Assembly (NCBI GenBank): GCA_963817525.1
Contig: CAWFOU010000007.1
Coordinates: forward strand, 864,001 to 928,000
Source of the DNA: an uncultured archaeon
GTDB taxonomy: Archaea; Thermoproteota; Nitrososphaeria; Nitrososphaerales; Gagatemarchaeaceae
Reading direction: 5' to 3'
Length of the DNA: 64,000 bases
This document shows, piece after piece, positions 60,996-64,000 of this stretch (position 1 is its first letter; each line of letters begins with the position of its first letter). Made by a program: the position numbers and the translations under genes. Below the pieces are notes generated by a model. It was given only the letters and a program-made list of their open reading frames with translations, was not told the origin of the DNA and ran no database searches.

Positions 60996-62093
60996 ATGCC
61001 CCAGCACGGCAGGCTCAGGCGCATCTTCGAGAACGCGGGCGACGAGCCCGACGTCGTCGCCATTGTCAACGGGGTCCACCCCGACCCGAACTTCTTCTAC
61101 GTCTCGGGCTACAGGAGCGGGCTCTTCGAGGAGAACATGCTATTCCTCTTCCGGGACGCGCGCGTCGAGGTCCTGACCAACCGCCTGGAGGAGTCGGCCG
61201 CGAGGCAGAGGAAGGACTACGTCATCCACGTGGAGAAGGGAGGCGGGCGCGCCGAGCGCAAGGGGATCGTCTCCTCGATCCTGAAGGGTTGCGAGCGCGT
61301 CGGCGTGAACTTCGAGGGCGTCTCCCACAAGGACTACCAGGGGCTCGAGGCCGTCTTCGGCAGAAGGAAGCTCCTAGACGTCTCCGACGCGCTGAAAAAG
61401 TCGAGGATGATAAAGGACCCCGACGAGCTCGAGGCCATGTCCGTGGCCGCCCGTCTCATCTCGGAGGTCGTCGACGGCGTCCCCGCCCAGCTGAAGGAGG
61501 GCATGACCGAGAGGGCGCTAAAGGCCCAGATAGACTTCGGGATGGTCGAGATGGGCGCGGACTCCCCCTCCTTCGAGAGCTTAGTCGCGTTCGGGGAGAA
61601 CTCCGCCCTGCCGCACTACTCGGCCGGGGAGAGGCGCCTCCGCAGGGGGGACAACGTTCTCGTCGACGTGGGCGCGAGATACCACCTCTACTGCTCTGAC
61701 ATCACGAGGACGTTCTTCTTCGGGCGCGCCGCGCCGAGGCAGAGGGAGGCATACACGAAGGTGCTCGAGGCCCAGTCCGAGGCCACCGCGGCCATCCGCG
61801 CGGGCGTCGCGGGCCGGGCAGTCCATCAGGTCGCCGCGAAGGTCATAGACCGGAGCGAGTTCAAAGGCAGGTTCACGCACGGCCTCGGCCACTCGCTTGG
61901 CCTCGAGGTCCACGACGGCGCGGGCCTAAGCCTCCGCAGCGAATTGCAGCTCAGGCCCAACATGGCGATGACCGTCGAGCCCGGGATATACCTGCCCGGC
62001 GAGGGCGGGGTGCGCGTAGAGGACGACGTCGTGGTAACCAAGACTTCGTGCGAGCCCCTGACCACGGCCTCGAGGGAGCTCCTGGAGGTATAA
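60996..62093 (+). CDS. pepQ: Xaa-Pro peptidase (M24B)
   Basis: PH, DVG, SDITRT, HGLGH.LGLEVHD, TVEPGIY, GVRVED. Confidence 0.92.
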   Translation: MPQHGRLRRIFENAGDEPDVVAIVNGVHPDPNFFYVSGYRSGLFEENMLFLFRDARVEVLTNRLEESAARQRKDYVIHVEKGGGRAERKGIVSSILKGCERVGVNFEGVSHKDYQGLEAVFGRRKLLDVSDALKKSRMIKDPDELEAMSVAARLISEVVDGVPAQLKEGMTERALKAQIDFGMVEMGADSPSFESLVAFGENSALPHYSAGERRLRRGDNVLVDVGARYHLYCSDITRTFFFGRAAPRQREAYTKVLEAQSEATAAIRAGVAGRAVHQVAAKVIDRSEFKGRFTHGLGHSLGLEVHDGAGLSLRSELQLRPNMAMTVEPGIYLPGEGGVRVEDDVVVTKTSCEPLTTASRELLEV

Positions 62094-62179
62094 AAAATCA
62101 CGAAAACTCGCACAGGTTTCCGGCTTATTGTACTTGATTTTCATAGAGCTTAAATGGGCAACAAAATAATCGCGCTGTC

Positions 62180-62950
62180 TTGAAGCATCCCAGGTCGCTC
62201 GGGATCTCCTCGCCCGACGGACGAGAGATCTACGAGCTCTACATCTCGGTCCAGTCCAAACCCTCGGTCCTCGCGCGCATAGCCTCGATCTTGGGAGAGA
62301 ATAACGTCGACATCCTCGGCGGGAACATCCAGAGCTCCGACGACAAGCGGACCGGGTACGACGTCTTCTACCTCGAGATGGCCGACGCCACCATCACCCC
62401 GCAGGAGCTCGTCGAGAGCCTGAAGAGGCTGGACTTTGTCCAGGACGCGCAGATCGAGCCCAGGTCGAAGGTGAGGTTCGAGACCATGATGTTCCCGCTC
62501 ACGCGCTCCGGCCACACCCGGGTCTTCGTCCTCTCGAGCAACGGCTGGTTCGCCCTGGTCAACTCGATACTCACCACCTTCGGGACCGCGGGCGGCGTGA
62601 TCCTCCACAACCAGGGCGTCTCCGTGGGCGCAGAGATAGTCGAGAGCATCAAGGCGCTCTTCCGCACCCCAGCGGGGAGCGACCTCGAGATGGAGAACTT
62701 GAAGGCGTACTTCGCCGCCGTTGGCCTCGGGACCCTCCAGATTGCCGGCGACAGGAAGGGGATCAAGGCGAAGATCGAGCAGCCGGTGACCTCCGGCCAG
62801 AAGATCCCCGTGGTCGACCAGTTCCTCGTGGGGGTCGTCCGGGGGGCCGTGAACAAGATCTACTCGGAGGACTACGTGGTGAAGAACCTCACCTTCAGGG
62901 ACGAGACGATAGCCTTCGACCTGGTAAAGGATCTCGGCGCGAAGGGCTGA
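62180..62950 (+). CDS. ACT domain plus V4R-like protein
   Basis: SKPSVLARIASILGENNVDIL ACT motif; GGVILHNQG...GLG V4R-like part. Confidence 0.7.
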   Translation: MKHPRSLGISSPDGREIYELYISVQSKPSVLARIASILGENNVDILGGNIQSSDDKRTGYDVFYLEMADATITPQELVESLKRLDFVQDAQIEPRSKVRFETMMFPLTRSGHTRVFVLSSNGWFALVNSILTTFGTAGGVILHNQGVSVGAEIVESIKALFRTPAGSDLEMENLKAYFAAVGLGTLQIAGDRKGIKAKIEQPVTSGQKIPVVDQFLVGVVRGAVNKIYSEDYVVKNLTFRDETIAFDLVKDLGAKG

Positions 62951-63006
62951 GCGCCCGCTGCTCAGGGGCTAATCTTATCCGTCGGGCGGCTCTCGCGCCC
63001 CCGCCG

Positions 63007-63231
63007 ATGACGACCTGCCGGCTCTGCAAGAGGGACTGCGTTCCCTCCTCGACCCTCTGCAAGTATCATCTCGCGGCCAAACGGAACGTCGAGTCGGAGT
63101 ACAAAAGTTGGAGCCAGGCTTATGGCGCCATAACGTGGCGGGACTATCTGCAAAGGCTGCAGCAGAGTGCCGAAACGGGGCAATGGGCCAAGGAAGTGGC
63201 GGAGATGCTGTCGAGCGACTCGGCACGCTAA
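63007..63231 (+). CDS. Small Cys/His (zinc-binding) hypothetical protein
   Basis: CRLC...LCKYH; W..AYG..W..YL...ETGQW. Confidence 0.7.
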   Translation: MTTCRLCKRDCVPSSTLCKYHLAAKRNVESEYKSWSQAYGAITWRDYLQRLQQSAETGQWAKEVAEMLSSDSAR

Positions 63232-63274
63232 TGCGTCCAGCAGCCTTGCTCTCTATTTACGCCATTCAGGCCTG

Positions 63275-63640
63275 TCATCCCTCCATGAGGTACTTGAACA
63301 AGAAGCCGGCACCTGCGAGCATCGCTATTAGCACTCCGATGAAAATCGGGACGAACAGCGAGATGCGCAGCGCAGCAGCAATCCCGGAAATCACGAGGAA
63401 AACGGCGAAGACCCCGAATATCGGGAGCCGGGCGCTCTTGAACTCGCCGTCGGCGTGGAGGTAGGCGAGAGACACCCTTCCTTTCGGCCGAGTCATCTCT
63501 TCGTCGTGTCCGGCGTGAAGGTGCGAACCTGCCTCCGGCTCTACCTCTTCGTGCATGTGCAGGTGGTTTGAGAGCGCCTGGGCGTCGTCAAAGACGGCCC
63601 CGCACCTGGAGCACCTATATCCGCTGACTTGCTCGCTCAT
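63275..63640 (-). CDS. C2H2 zinc-finger membrane protein
   Basis: YRCSRCGAVF...LSNHLHMH; two TM helices. Confidence 0.75.
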   Translation of the reverse strand: MSEQVSGYRCSRCGAVFDDAQALSNHLHMHEEVEPEAGSHLHAGHDEEMTRPKGRVSLAYLHADGEFKSARLPIFGVFAVFLVISGIAAALRISLFVPIFIGVLIAMLAGAGFLFKYLMEG

Positions 63641-63843
63641 GGGCCTTCAGGACTCTGTTTCCCGTCGACTCTTATTGGGTGGCCGCACATGGTTATGTAG
63701 TTCGGCCATCTCCTGGGACAATCAGGCAGACTAGGAAGGCGTCCTAGCCTCGCAAAACGTCGGGGCAACGTCCTCCACGTCCATGGCTTCTCGCCCTCTC
63801 TCTCTCGACGTGGGACTTGAGGGCTGCCCCGGACCTTCCTTCG

Positions 63844-64000
63844 TCAGGCGTCCCAGAGGTCTGTGAAGCGGTCGGTCGCAATGTCGAGCAGGTTCCTCTC
63901 GAAGGCGGCGAGGAGCTCGAGGGTCTGCTCCCTCCCCTGGATCCCGTAGGCGGCGTGCCCGTCCACGGCGACGTGGCGCCTCACCAGCCCGGCCTTGCTC
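63844..64000 (-). CDS. Partial gene, probable winged-HTH regulator C-terminus
   Basis: ...KAGLVRRH...LDIATDRFTDLWDA*. Confidence 0.5.
   Translation of the reverse strand, partial: SKAGLVRRHVAVDGHAAYGIQGREQTLELLAAFERNLLDIATDRFTDLWDA

Overview
High-GC archaeal chromosome segment. Archaeal r-proteins, TATA-led and mostly leaderless genes, class III pilins, Lhr and split GltB suggest a non-ammonia-oxidising Nitrososphaerota (Thaumarchaeota)-like lineage (inference). Contents in order: a DNA-maintenance block (metallophosphoesterase, solo TnpB, Smc5/6-like SMC + kleisin-like + kite-like operon, Lhr); a ~32 kb branched-chain amino acid / 2-oxoacid dehydrogenase / lipoylation supercluster interrupted by a LAGLIDADG gene, a low-GC type IV pilus island and an IS6-like passenger element; split glutamate synthase; rpl3-rpl4-rpl23-rpl2-rps19; secreted glycan-related proteins. 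The standout is that the first pilin gene is bracketed by two complete type I hammerhead ribozyme motifs (19955-20008 and 20510-20564). They are predicted to excise a 555-nt pilin mRNA with 5'-OH and 2',3'-cyclic phosphate ends, the substrate for circularisation. Also notable are an Ile/Leu/Val-rich leader peptide with hairpins ahead of the ilvBN-leuACDB operon, and an IS6-like element carrying a proteasome-beta-like gene whose target site matches its own internal operator palindromes. Many single-base frameshifts, including in rpl3 and rpl4, look like assembly indels. All calls come from reading the sequence; no searches were run.
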